Source of the DNA: a virus
Taxonomy: Duplodnaviria; Heunggongvirae; Uroviricota; Caudoviricetes
Direction: 5' to 3' (one strand)
IMG/VR virus record: IMGVR_UViG_2541047850_000005
Location: 3,554-67,553 of that record
DNA length: 64,000 nucleotides
Within the stretch, counting starts at the first letter, position 1. Each line of letters opens with the position of its first letter. The position numbers and the translations under genes are program-made. Shown piece by piece: positions 19,187 through 27,330 of the stretch. The notes under the pieces were generated by a model. That model saw only the letters and a list, made by a program, of their open reading frames with translations, made no database searches and had not been told where the DNA came from.

Positions 19187-19756
19187 TCAATTAGAGCTTT
19201 GAAAGGCTTTGTGTGGCTGTGTTGCGAGGTTATGTCGATGGCTTAACTCACGCATCATGTCTTCAAAGCGACTCTTTGTGTCGTCGAGTTGGTCAGCCAT
19301 TGCTCCTAAAAGCTGACGAACTACCATCGGATCGTCGCTGTTTAGTGATGGCATTTTATAACCCGCCTGAGAAGACATCAGATTGAATGCAGACATCAAC
19401 ATCGTTAGAGAGGATTTAAGCCCGGCAATTTCACGATCTTTGCTGGCAATAATCGTCTCACTTTTGTTACTGTCATGAGTTCCTTGAGTCTCGCTCACCA
19501 TATCCAAAGTCGCCTGCAACTTATCAGCGCGCTCTTTTTCAGCAAGATAATGAACACCGAAATGATGTGCTAAAGCTACAACCTGAGTTGGCTCTTCAAA
19601 GGTGGACTCAAAATTAAGTGCTGTAACCACTCTCTCAAAAATGGAAACGTCTTCTATTCCTCGAAGAATGGCTAACATTTTGACCAGTTCATTAGCATCC
19701 ATTTCTTCGAATAAGGCGTTTTGTTCATCAGCTATCGCTTTGCATTTCTTGCACAT
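19187..19756 (-). CDS. hypothetical protein (189 aa)
   Basis: Motif-1 promoter (19774-19789) and leader AGGAAAAACACATG. Confidence 0.65.
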   Translation of the reverse strand: MCKKCKAIADEQNALFEEMDANELVKMLAILRGIEDVSIFERVVTALNFESTFEEPTQVVALAHHFGVHYLAEKERADKLQATLDMVSETQGTHDSNKSETIIASKDREIAGLKSSLTMLMSAFNLMSSQAGYKMPSLNSDDPMVVRQLLGAMADQLDDTKSRFEDMMRELSHRHNLATQPHKAFQSSN

Positions 19757-19895
19757 GTGTTTTTCCTAATGCTTAAACAAGTTGTTTTCTTATTGGCTTT
19801 ATTGTGATGTGGCATAAAAGGGGAGCAAGCTAAACGTAAAGGTGCAAACTCTCTATTTCGGTCAACGAAACACAATGGCCATTTGACCCTTGTCA

Positions 19896-20054
19896 TTAAC
19901 ACGTTGCTTTACGGACTAGCGGATAAGCGAAGTAGATCGCCAGACCAATGAGGACGCCATCAGAAATGACAGACATCATCTTTCCCGTAAAATCCACCAA
20001 CACCGCCATCACCAGAAGAGCAATGACGGTCACAAGCCGGAATCTCTCAAGCAT
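19896..20054 (-). CDS. small hydrophobic protein (52 aa), below ORF-track cutoff
   Basis: MLERFRLVTVIALLVMAVLVDFTGKMMSVISDGVLIGLAIYFAYPLVRKATC*. The ATG overlaps the TerB-like stop (TAATG). Confidence 0.45.
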   Translation of the reverse strand: MLERFRLVTVIALLVMAVLVDFTGKMMSVISDGVLIGLAIYFAYPLVRKATC

Positions 20055-20479
20055 TAGAGATAAGCATCCAGTGACAACTGAAGCGCCTGGGCGATCTTTT
20101 TCAGCGCCTGCTCTTCTGGTTCATCAATGCCGTCTTGGTCGGCAATATCAAGGCACAGACAAAGTACATCTACTGCATCATCAGTCCCGGCCACATCCGC
20201 CAGCTCACGTAAAGCCTGGGCATTAGCACGGCGCGGTGAGGCTTCGTATTGAGCGCGGATATTGGCGCTCATCTGGGCAATCTCACCAGCAAAAGGAGAA
20301 AATGCAGGCAGAGCTGCAATTGTTTTCTCAAGAATGGAAATTTCTTTTGCATCGCATGTACCGTTGGCATAGGAGATCATGTACCCACCCCACACGGTGG
20401 CTTCAACCGCATCACGGTTCTCCATTTTTTTGACTTCGATAACTGCTTTACGAGTTTTCTTTTTGAAGAAACCTAACAT
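20054..20479 (-). CDS. TerB-like domain protein (141 aa)
   Basis: Helical protein with DQDGIDEPEEQAL, resembling the TerB acidic motif. Motif-1 promoter and conserved leader upstream. Confidence 0.55.
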   Translation of the reverse strand: MLGFFKKKTRKAVIEVKKMENRDAVEATVWGGYMISYANGTCDAKEISILEKTIAALPAFSPFAGEIAQMSANIRAQYEASPRRANAQALRELADVAGTDDAVDVLCLCLDIADQDGIDEPEEQALKKIAQALQLSLDAYL

Positions 20480-20572
20480 GTGTTTTCCTTTTGTTATTTG
20501 TCAAAACAAGTTGTTTTCTAGTTAAATAAATTGCTTACGCAAAGGCGGTCAATGCATATGCACTAACAACCG

Positions 20573-20761
20573 TCAGAAATAACCAAGTACCGAACCGACT
20601 GGAAAAATAAAAATCCCAACTACACGAGCCAAGGTCATGCCAGCCTGAAACTGGAGATCGCCAGAGCAAACAAGTTTTATAATGTTCGATACCCAACCGG
20701 CGGCCATGAGGGCAAGAATTGCCAGCCAAATTTTTCCAAAGTGATTTGAAAACCAGTTCAT
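20573..20761 (-). CDS. small membrane protein (62 aa, two hydrophobic segments)
   Basis: The ATG overlaps the stop of the embedded ORF 20758..21009 (ATGA). Confidence 0.55.
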   Translation of the reverse strand: MNWFSNHFGKIWLAILALMAAGWVSNIIKLVCSGDLQFQAGMTLARVVGIFIFPVGSVLGYF

Positions 20762-21009
20762 ACAACCGCCTTAGTCACAGCATGATCCTGAGTAACTGGA
20801 TGAACTTGAGGTATCGCATCCACCGTCATCCCATCCAGAGTGACAGGACGCTCTGCTGGAGTGGTGGTAATTGTCGTCGACGGAGGTGTGGTGATGGATG
20901 AATCCGGCATCAAAAGGCTCTGGCCGGCTGGAACGGCTACCGTCGCCAGTGAAACTATAATGAGAACGTAGGCCATTGGTTTCAGCCTCTTTCTTTGAAA
21001 ATTTTCCAT
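20758..21009 (-). CDS. alternative-frame ORF embedded in 20771..21265 (TM segment plus Pro/Thr-rich, 83 aa)
   Basis: AAGGA SD 9 nt upstream and a 4-nt ATGA overlap with the next gene. Only one of the two frames may be real. Confidence 0.3.
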   Translation of the reverse strand: MENFQRKRLKPMAYVLIIVSLATVAVPAGQSLLMPDSSITTPPSTTITTTPAERPVTLDGMTVDAIPQVHPVTQDHAVTKAVV

Positions 21010-21265
21010 TCGAACTGTCCTTGTTGTTTTTCTCCTTCACTAAAGGCCGTGCATTTTTCGCTTGGTGTGAAGAACCAGAGGTAACAATCGCCCCCACGTT
21101 CGCAACAACTGACGCTTGCTTATCTAAACGTTCATTCAGCAACCGAACGGTAGTCTCAAGTTCATCAAGACGTGACAGAACACGACCGCTAAATAATTCG
21201 GCCAAAATTTGACGTAGTGAACGAGGACGTTTAGTTGCAGAAGTGAAATAGGTTTGACGTGCCAT
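20771..21265 (-). CDS. hypothetical protein with coiled-coil N-terminus and Ser/His/Cys-rich tail (164 aa)
   Basis: ATG 21265 with GGAG 6-7 nt upstream. Tail ..HHHTSVDDNYHHSS..GGCDTSSSSSYSGSCCD. Confidence 0.5.
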   Translation of the reverse strand: MARQTYFTSATKRPRSLRQILAELFSGRVLSRLDELETTVRLLNERLDKQASVVANVGAIVTSGSSHQAKNARPLVKEKNNKDSSNGKFSKKEAETNGLRSHYSFTGDGSRSSRPEPFDAGFIHHHTSVDDNYHHSSRASCHSGWDDGGCDTSSSSSYSGSCCD

Positions 21266-21410
21266 GTGGACTCCATCCAGTGTCATAAAGAGTTGCGGCT
21301 GGCGATTGCCAGCCGCCTTTCTCGTTCCATCCTGGAACTGTGTCTTACCGACACATTGTCATCCTGACGCCGATAAGATACATGATTTATAATGATAGGT
21401 AAACACTTAC

Positions 21411-22004
21411 TTACTGCTTGTTATAAACAAAACCAATATCTTTCTTGTGAGGCATATCTGCTGCGGAAAAAGCTGCGATCTTCGCGAGTCGATCACATAT
21501 TTCATTTTCACGATGCCCGGCGTGACCTTTAACCCACTTCCAGCGAACATTATGTCGACTTGCGGCCTCATCCAGACGCTTCCACAGATCAACATTCTTT
21601 ACCGGTTTTTTGTCAGAAGTCATCCATCCATTGCGTTTCCACCATTTCATCCACTGTGTCATGCCGTTTTTCAGATACTGGCTATCAGAGTGCAAAATAA
21701 CGTTGCATGGATATTTCAAACGCTCCAGCCCGATAAGTGCCCCCATCATCTCCATGCGGTTATTGGTGGTGCTATGAAAACCATCTGAGAACTCGCGTTC
21801 CTCACCACGATACTGAAGAACGATACCGTAACCGCCCGGGCCACCCGGATTTTTAAGGCAAGAGCCATCACTGAAGATTTTCACGGTTTTAAGCTGGGGA
21901 TTGAACTCTACGACAGGCGTTGTGGGATTGGTACGGGGAGAATTTTTGTTTTTGGCTTTTTTGCGAGTTTTTGCTTGCGATCGGGCTGGTGTCTTCGTCG
22001 TCAT
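21411..22004 (-). CDS. rnhA: ribonuclease HI with a basic N-terminal extension
   Basis: [25 protein letters not shown] and [17 protein letters not shown] 22004 with an AGGAG SD. Confidence 0.9.
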   Translation of the reverse strand: MTTKTPARSQAKTRKKAKNKNSPRTNPTTPVVEFNPQLKTVKIFSDGSCLKNPGGPGGYGIVLQYRGEEREFSDGFHSTTNNRMEMMGALIGLERLKYPCNVILHSDSQYLKNGMTQWMKWWKRNGWMTSDKKPVKNVDLWKRLDEAASRHNVRWKWVKGHAGHRENEICDRLAKIAAFSAADMPHKKDIGFVYNKQ

Positions 22005-22588
22005 ATAAACTCCTGAATCAAGCGCCGCGCCGATTTTTTTTTCCTCGCGCGTGCGCACACGCGTGCGTGTTAATAATTATTAAAATAAACAAATTACTTC
22101 CCAGAACAGGTTTTTATAAACCTGAACTGAACGAACGAAGTGAGTGAAGTTCACCTCGAACGAAGTGAGAGGTTGTCTTTTCAGGTAATACTCTCCCAGG
22201 GAGGTGAGTATAAAATTCCTCACCAACCTGGTCGTTTCATAACCTGAAAAGTTATGGTCTAAGTCTACTGCCAGCTTAGACTTGGGAAGTTATGGATGAC
22301 AGCACCCCAGAACCGAGATCTTCCCACACTTTATGAAGGGGAGTACTGGATTCAACCTCTCGAAACACCCCAGACTCGACAATCATAAAGTGACCCTTGT
22401 CTCTGCTCACTTTGGTTCCCCCTTCCCCGACACCTAAACGGCACCGGTTCTACGCTGGTAGTGAGCTTTTTAAACCTGACGCCAGTGACGCTTACCCCCA
22501 CCCATCAGGTCGAGCCTCCAGTCTACGACTGGAAACAATCAGATCTTAGCACTTACAATTCACTTTATGAATAGTTTGTACTTATCTA
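22005..22588 (-). other. ORF-free, hairpin-dense region (candidate long leader, ncRNA or origin)
   Basis: No ORF of 60 aa or more lies within about 22148-22588 on either strand. At least 6 stems of 6-7 bp, repeated words CATAAAGTG and TCTGGGGTG, motif-2 site at its upstream end. Confidence 0.35.
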
Positions 22589-22819
22589 TCATTGTGATTG
22601 ATTATTTTCTCGACCATGTAGTTGAACATTCAAGGCAAACACCTCATTGATCAACTCACCTAAAAGCTGTTCAACAAGTTCGCGATGCTCCCCAAGATGC
22701 AAGCACTTAATTGCCCATTCGTACAAGTTGAAAGCCTGCTCTCGATCTTTCATCATTTCACGAGCCTTAGCCAGAAAATCGCTCTCTACGAGCGCAACGA
22801 CATTAGTCGGGTATGACAT
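22589..22819 (-). CDS. hypothetical protein (76 aa)
   Basis: ATG 22819 with AAGGA 9 nt upstream. Confidence 0.55.
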   Translation of the reverse strand: MSYPTNVVALVESDFLAKAREMMKDREQAFNLYEWAIKCLHLGEHRELVEQLLGELINEVFALNVQLHGRENNQSQ

Positions 22820-23003
22820 GTTGGTTTCCTTAAAGTGGTTCATAAAATCGATTTTAAAGCGTCTGGGAAGGGGGTCTAGTGGATTCTGTAGTGATGTTCA
22901 GGTCTGGGAGTCTCTGATACAAAACAGCCTGCTTCCGTATATTAATAATTAATATGTAGTTATTTATATACAGAAGCAGGTTAATTACACTCGCCAGAAC
23001 AAA

Positions 23004-23597
23004 CTAAGCAGCCTTCTTTGATGCTCTTTTTTTTCTGACCACATTCGCAGGATCATACCCTCCCAGACTTTTCATGACGTCCAAAGGGATCTTGCTTATA
23101 GAGTGCCCAGCGTCCTGACAGAATCCTCGAAAAACAACGAGCATACTGCCACCGGGGTTGATGTTTACTTCTACCTGACCCAAATTGACGTCAGGCTCGA
23201 CAAACGCTACGCGGCCACCAGACAGAATAATCGTCTCATTCGCATACTCTGTTGCACGCTCATACCACTTTGTATCGAGGGATTGAGGAATTAGCATCAC
23301 TGTTGTAACTCCGCGAGCCTGCTCACGTATAGCCGCATCAATCCAGGGGGAGATTTTGGAGTAGGGTGGATTGAGGAAGGCAATTGTACCTGGCTGCCCC
23401 CATTCAGATTTCAAAGCATCGCGCTCAACGCCTATGAAAATAGGCAGCTTTGCATTGTCCTTGTTGCAGGCAACGTCAACATCAAATGTCACTCCAAGAT
23501 AACGTTGAATGGCAGAAAACAGCCAATCAGGTGTTCTCCAGAGATCACGAAGAGAGTTGTCGCGCTTTCGCTGTTTGATTTTTTCGGCTGCAATCAT
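23004..23597 (-). CDS. phage Dam-family N6-adenine DNA methyltransferase
   Basis: WRTPDWLF.., FDVDVACN.. and AFLNPPYS, as in the phage Dam family. Confidence 0.85.
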   Translation of the reverse strand: MIAAEKIKQRKRDNSLRDLWRTPDWLFSAIQRYLGVTFDVDVACNKDNAKLPIFIGVERDALKSEWGQPGTIAFLNPPYSKISPWIDAAIREQARGVTTVMLIPQSLDTKWYERATEYANETIILSGGRVAFVEPDVNLGQVEVNINPGGSMLVVFRGFCQDAGHSISKIPLDVMKSLGGYDPANVVRKKRASKKAA

Positions 23598-23608
23598 CTT
23601 TTTTCTCG

Positions 23609-23628
23609 ATAGGTAAGTGATTACCTAT
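23609..23628. promoter_or_regulatory. perfect motif-2 palindrome between the -10 and the start of the Dam-like gene
   Basis: ATAGGTAAGTGATTACCTAT (8-4-8), downstream of TTGCCA-16-CAAAAAT. Confidence 0.6.
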
Positions 23629-23780
23629 TTTTGCATTTGATTTCATGTATGGCAATCAAATAAAACGCGCCAGAAATGCGAACAAGAAGCTCTCTGGCGC
23701 GTTTTTGTGGTGCTGGGTATGGGTTATGCTTACCCAGCACTATAAAGCTCTCTATGGGCTTTATTTTCAGTAGGGGAACG

Positions 23781-24590
23781 TCATCCAATAGTGTACTCCG
23801 CGACAAACTTCTTAACGATCGGTGATTCTTCGTTCAATGTTAGATTTCCACCGTCTCTAACAGCAATTCCTGTAGCTGGAAATACAGCCATCATTTGCCC
23901 AGCCTGAGTTGACGCAGTGTTAAGCGGATACGGTTTTTCTGGATTGCTCATTAAAGCAATCTTAATACTATTACTTGTAGCCTTCTTTTCTGTGAGAAGG
24001 TGTCTCATGGAAATTACCGTGTAAACACTAATATCTGGACCTCCGCTAAACCAATTAAGAAGATTTAATATCTTATCCTTCGCTTTGACAGGCGCGTTTT
24101 CGTAAGCGTCTAAGAAAATATCTTTTTCTAAGCCTGCTTTATTGAAAAACGAATCATCTTTATCACTTAAAGTAAAACGAGGACCTCTTGCAACACGAGC
24201 TTTTTTATTTGTATTGCTATCATTTGACTGTTGAACTTTTAATTCATCATTAACCTCAACACACTCTTCAACCTCAATAAATCCCAATTGTTCTGGCTCG
24301 TTTTCGGCAGCTTCAACACTTTCAGCGTTAATTACGTTTATAGGCTCATGCGCTAACTCCAACTCATTTAAAGCAGAGCTGAAATCACCTGCTTTTTCTT
24401 CATTGAACAGTTCTTCGGCAACATCATCAGAACTCATGGCTACGCCAGCATCGAGGCCGAGAAGCAGATCGTCAATATCATCAGTATTTTCAACCTGTGC
24501 AGCTTTTTTTACTGGTTCATCAAGTGATTGCAACATGGCTGTCAGCTCATCCAGATCATCATTTGTCATTACATTTTCAACCGAACTCAT
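23781..24590 (-). CDS. hypothetical protein with an acidic N-terminal half (269 aa)
   Basis: Long ORF with an AAGGAG SD. No family recognised. Confidence 0.65.
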   Translation of the reverse strand: MSSVENVMTNDDLDELTAMLQSLDEPVKKAAQVENTDDIDDLLLGLDAGVAMSSDDVAEELFNEEKAGDFSSALNELELAHEPINVINAESVEAAENEPEQLGFIEVEECVEVNDELKVQQSNDSNTNKKARVARGPRFTLSDKDDSFFNKAGLEKDIFLDAYENAPVKAKDKILNLLNWFSGGPDISVYTVISMRHLLTEKKATSNSIKIALMSNPEKPYPLNTASTQAGQMMAVFPATGIAVRDGGNLTLNEESPIVKKFVAEYTIG

Positions 24591-24750
24591 GTAAGTCTCC
24601 TTCTGTTTAGTTGCATTTGCGTTTCGATGGCTACATTTTGACTAAACCTATCAGGCGGAAAAGTATTAAATACAGGCAGGAAATGATTGAAAGGCGACTG
24701 TTCTTTAAAAGAAAGCCTGCTTCAAACTCTCTTTAAAGCAGGCTTTTGTT

Positions 24751-25308
24751 TTACACAATTTCAGAGGGTAATTTAAAAAATCCGTATTTATTACGTGCCT
24801 TAAAGAAGCATTGCATCATTAAGTTTGTGTCATATAAGGCACTATGTGCTTTGGCATGATCGTATATAAAGCCAAGAGAGAAGGCCAATTCTTCAAGGCG
24901 AGGACGTTTACCGTCTTCTGTGGCCCACAATCCCGATAACATAGTATCTATAACGGGAACGTCTGGCAGTCTTACTCCATACCCTGAAAACTCGTGTCGA
25001 ATAAATGGTATATCAAACGCTTCGCCGTTATGAGCAATCCACGCACTACATGCCCCCATATAAGCGCCAATTTCGCTGGCATGATTTGACAACAAAGGTT
25101 CAGCTGCGAGCTGTTCTAATGAAATGCCATGAACGGCTTGAGCTTTCGGATCTATGTTTCTGCGAGGGTTAAAACGCATCTCCAGACTATCAATATGTCT
25201 CTGTGTCTCCAGTTCATAGCGGGTAATTGCGATTTCAATAATTTTATGACCAGCAAGGAAATCCAGTCCCGTAGACTCGATATCGATGCCTGCAACAATC
25301 GTTGTCAT
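24751..25308 (-). CDS. DnaQ-like DEDDh 3'-5' exonuclease
   Basis: GIDIESTGL (ExoI), HNGEAFDIPF (ExoII) and HSALYDTNL (ExoIII). Confidence 0.85.
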   Translation of the reverse strand: MTTIVAGIDIESTGLDFLAGHKIIEIAITRYELETQRHIDSLEMRFNPRRNIDPKAQAVHGISLEQLAAEPLLSNHASEIGAYMGACSAWIAHNGEAFDIPFIRHEFSGYGVRLPDVPVIDTMLSGLWATEDGKRPRLEELAFSLGFIYDHAKAHSALYDTNLMMQCFFKARNKYGFFKLPSEIV

Positions 25309-25317
25309 CAGAACTCC

Positions 25318-25737
25318 TTACAACTTCTTAGCGCCCTTAAGTAGTGCGCTACGTACAAATTGAGCCGCTTTTTTCAAAGTTTCTTGACTGGTTTCACAGA
25401 CAATCGGATTTTTCCACTTACCTGACGCAGTGTTGAGAATATTGATTTGGTTGCTATCCAGACAAACAGAGATATAAAGCACCGTGCCACCAGCCAGCAT
25501 CAAATGCATAGGAAACAGAGGCTTTTTACTGTCTTCACTGAACTGAGACATGGCGATGTTAATGGCTTCACCTACTTGTGCGCCAACAAGCCCCTGCGCA
25601 GTTTCGAATATGGCACGAATAGCCAGACGAGCCTCTCGATCGCTCATAAGCGACCGGGAATGTTCGTCCGCTACACGAATCAAAGCCTCTGTTGTTTTCC
25701 GATCCAGTTCATCTTCAAGCAACATTTCACTAAACAT
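25318..25737 (-). CDS. hypothetical protein (139 aa)
   Basis: ORF inside the operon. Confidence 0.6.
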   Translation of the reverse strand: MFSEMLLEDELDRKTTEALIRVADEHSRSLMSDREARLAIRAIFETAQGLVGAQVGEAINIAMSQFSEDSKKPLFPMHLMLAGGTVLYISVCLDSNQINILNTASGKWKNPIVCETSQETLKKAAQFVRSALLKGAKKL

Positions 25738-25798
25738 TTTTTATCCTTAACCCATTTTGAGAGTTTTATTGTCGCAATGTCGAAGAGGCGAACAATTT

Positions 25799-26443
25799 CT
25801 AATGAACGGTCACTCGGCCACAGAACCGGTTTTCTATCTTTTCTACAGCGTTATCTAGCACTCTCATCACTGATCTGGCTCTTGCTTCAACCGTGCGATA
25901 TCGGTTGGAAACGACGAAGGTTTGCAGATCCCCCCTTTGCGGATGCAGGTGAATTTTTGTCAGTTCCCCGCACATCAACGCATCAATACGAGCGACATAC
26001 AGACGGTCTAATGATGCTCGTTGTGATCGCAAGTAATCTCGCTCTGAGAGAGCGACTCCCGGGCGTAGGCCAGCAATGGCGTTAAAGTTTGAAATAGCAG
26101 TTTTGTGGCAAAACTTTTCGATATCGAGGGCTAACTCAATACATCGATCTTCATTGGTATGGCCGACCAAATCCAACGTGTAGGCCATAACATCAGCAGG
26201 TGTGCGATCGATAACAAAGCCTTCAACACCACGCGTAAGTAGCTCTATATGCTTTGCTATTTCCATTTGAATCTGAAGCCGCTCATATAGAGGCATAGAC
26301 TCACCTACTCGAACACCGAGTCGGCTCATCAAACTTCCGACACCAGCATCCACGTAAGGGATTCCGTAATGTTTGTCGATATATTTTGCCAGGGTTGTTT
26401 TCCCACTGCCCTGAGCACCAGTGATCCCAATCCGGTAATCCAT
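25799..26443 (-). CDS. P-loop NTPase/kinase-like protein
   Basis: GITGAQGSGKTTLAKYI Walker A at the N-terminus. Overlaps the folA stop. Confidence 0.6.
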   Translation of the reverse strand: MDYRIGITGAQGSGKTTLAKYIDKHYGIPYVDAGVGSLMSRLGVRVGESMPLYERLQIQMEIAKHIELLTRGVEGFVIDRTPADVMAYTLDLVGHTNEDRCIELALDIEKFCHKTAISNFNAIAGLRPGVALSERDYLRSQRASLDRLYVARIDALMCGELTKIHLHPQRGDLQTFVVSNRYRTVEARARSVMRVLDNAVEKIENRFCGRVTVH

Positions 26444-26919
26444 TACGACCTTCTGTATACGATCTGCGAAAAGCCAGGCTCTTCCTCGCTGGCTCGTTGG
26501 GTAAAAACTGTTTCAACAGGCACAAAGCCTAAATTACGCATCATGCTTGCCGGGAAGAATGCATCGGCGTTTGGCACATCAACGCCGATGTGGGAGAGCC
26601 AAATCTCTTCAACATGCGGCATGAATAGCGAGTAAATTTGTTCCCCGCCAATCACCCACACAGGCTCTGGTAATCGCAACACATCATCCACACCAGCAGG
26701 GTAGAATCCATTTGGTACAAAGCCATGAGAGCGCGTCAAAACGAGGTTATGACGCTCTGGAAGAGGGCGTTTGAGACTTTCCATCGTTTTACGCCCCATA
26801 ACGACAGTGGCGTTTTTGGTGAGTCTCTTAAATAGCTTCAGATCGGTAGAACAACGCCAGGGCAGTTCGTTCGCTATGCCGATCTCATAGTTACGGCCAA
26901 CAGCAGCTATCATCTTCAT
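26443..26919 (-). CDS. folA: dihydrofolate reductase
   Basis: MIAAVGRNYEIG..LPW..DLKLFKRLT..VVMGRKT aligns with E. coli FolA. Confidence 0.9.
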   Translation of the reverse strand: MKMIAAVGRNYEIGIANELPWRCSTDLKLFKRLTKNATVVMGRKTMESLKRPLPERHNLVLTRSHGFVPNGFYPAGVDDVLRLPEPVWVIGGEQIYSLFMPHVEEIWLSHIGVDVPNADAFFPASMMRNLGFVPVETVFTQRASEEEPGFSQIVYRRS

Positions 26920-27329
26920 TTGCTCACCTCATAGATGACCGGTCTATGATGAGAGTCAGCTAAAGCGGCACGGAGTCGAGGATCGTGCACCAGCGCAGCG
27001 ATAAGCAGATCGCCTTTATGCTCCGCTAATGTGCGCTTAATATGCTTCTCATAACTGGTGCCATTCGGTACGAGATGAAGCCAGTCGTAATCAACGCCAA
27101 AATCTTTCAGCCATCGTTTAGTGGGCGCTTCAAGAGTTTCAGAGCGGCTACTGATAAGCACCACTTCAGCCCCTGAGCGAGCAAAACCACGCAACATACG
27201 GCTGGTGGGGAAAATGAGTTCATCACCGGCAATGAGCTGGTCTGCATCCGTGTCAGGTACAGATTTACGATGGCTGGTATTTGCCAGCACACCTTCAATT
27301 TCGCATAAGACATACATACCTCTTGCCAT
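26916..27329 (-). CDS. HAD-like hydrolase candidate with degenerate motif I
   Basis: VLCEIEGVL sits where HAD has DxDG(T/V)L, with LISSRS as motif II. ATG 27329 lies 1 nt after the thyA stop. Weak call. Confidence 0.4.
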   Translation of the reverse strand: MARGMYVLCEIEGVLANTSHRKSVPDTDADQLIAGDELIFPTSRMLRGFARSGAEVVLISSRSETLEAPTKRWLKDFGVDYDWLHLVPNGTSYEKHIKRTLAEHKGDLLIAALVHDPRLRAALADSHHRPVIYEVSK

Positions 27330-27330
27330 A

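Noticed and set aside
20758-21265. The embedded-ORF arrangement resembles an Rz/Rz1 spanin pair.
   Set aside because: The embedded ORF has no lipobox Cys, the outer ORF has no N-terminal TM segment, and no holin or endolysin lies adjacent.
22338-22352. GGTTGAATCC on the minus strand resembles a tRNA T-loop.
   Set aside because: No complementary T-stem, acceptor arm or anticodon arm could be drawn around it.
23621-23806. 61-aa ORF between the Dam-like gene and 23781..24590. The 82-aa ORF 38726..38974 and the ORFs at 988..1475 and 4352..4878 are similar cases.
   Set aside because: They span terminator hairpins, iterons, origin repeats or non-coding repeat modules, and they lack SD sequences.
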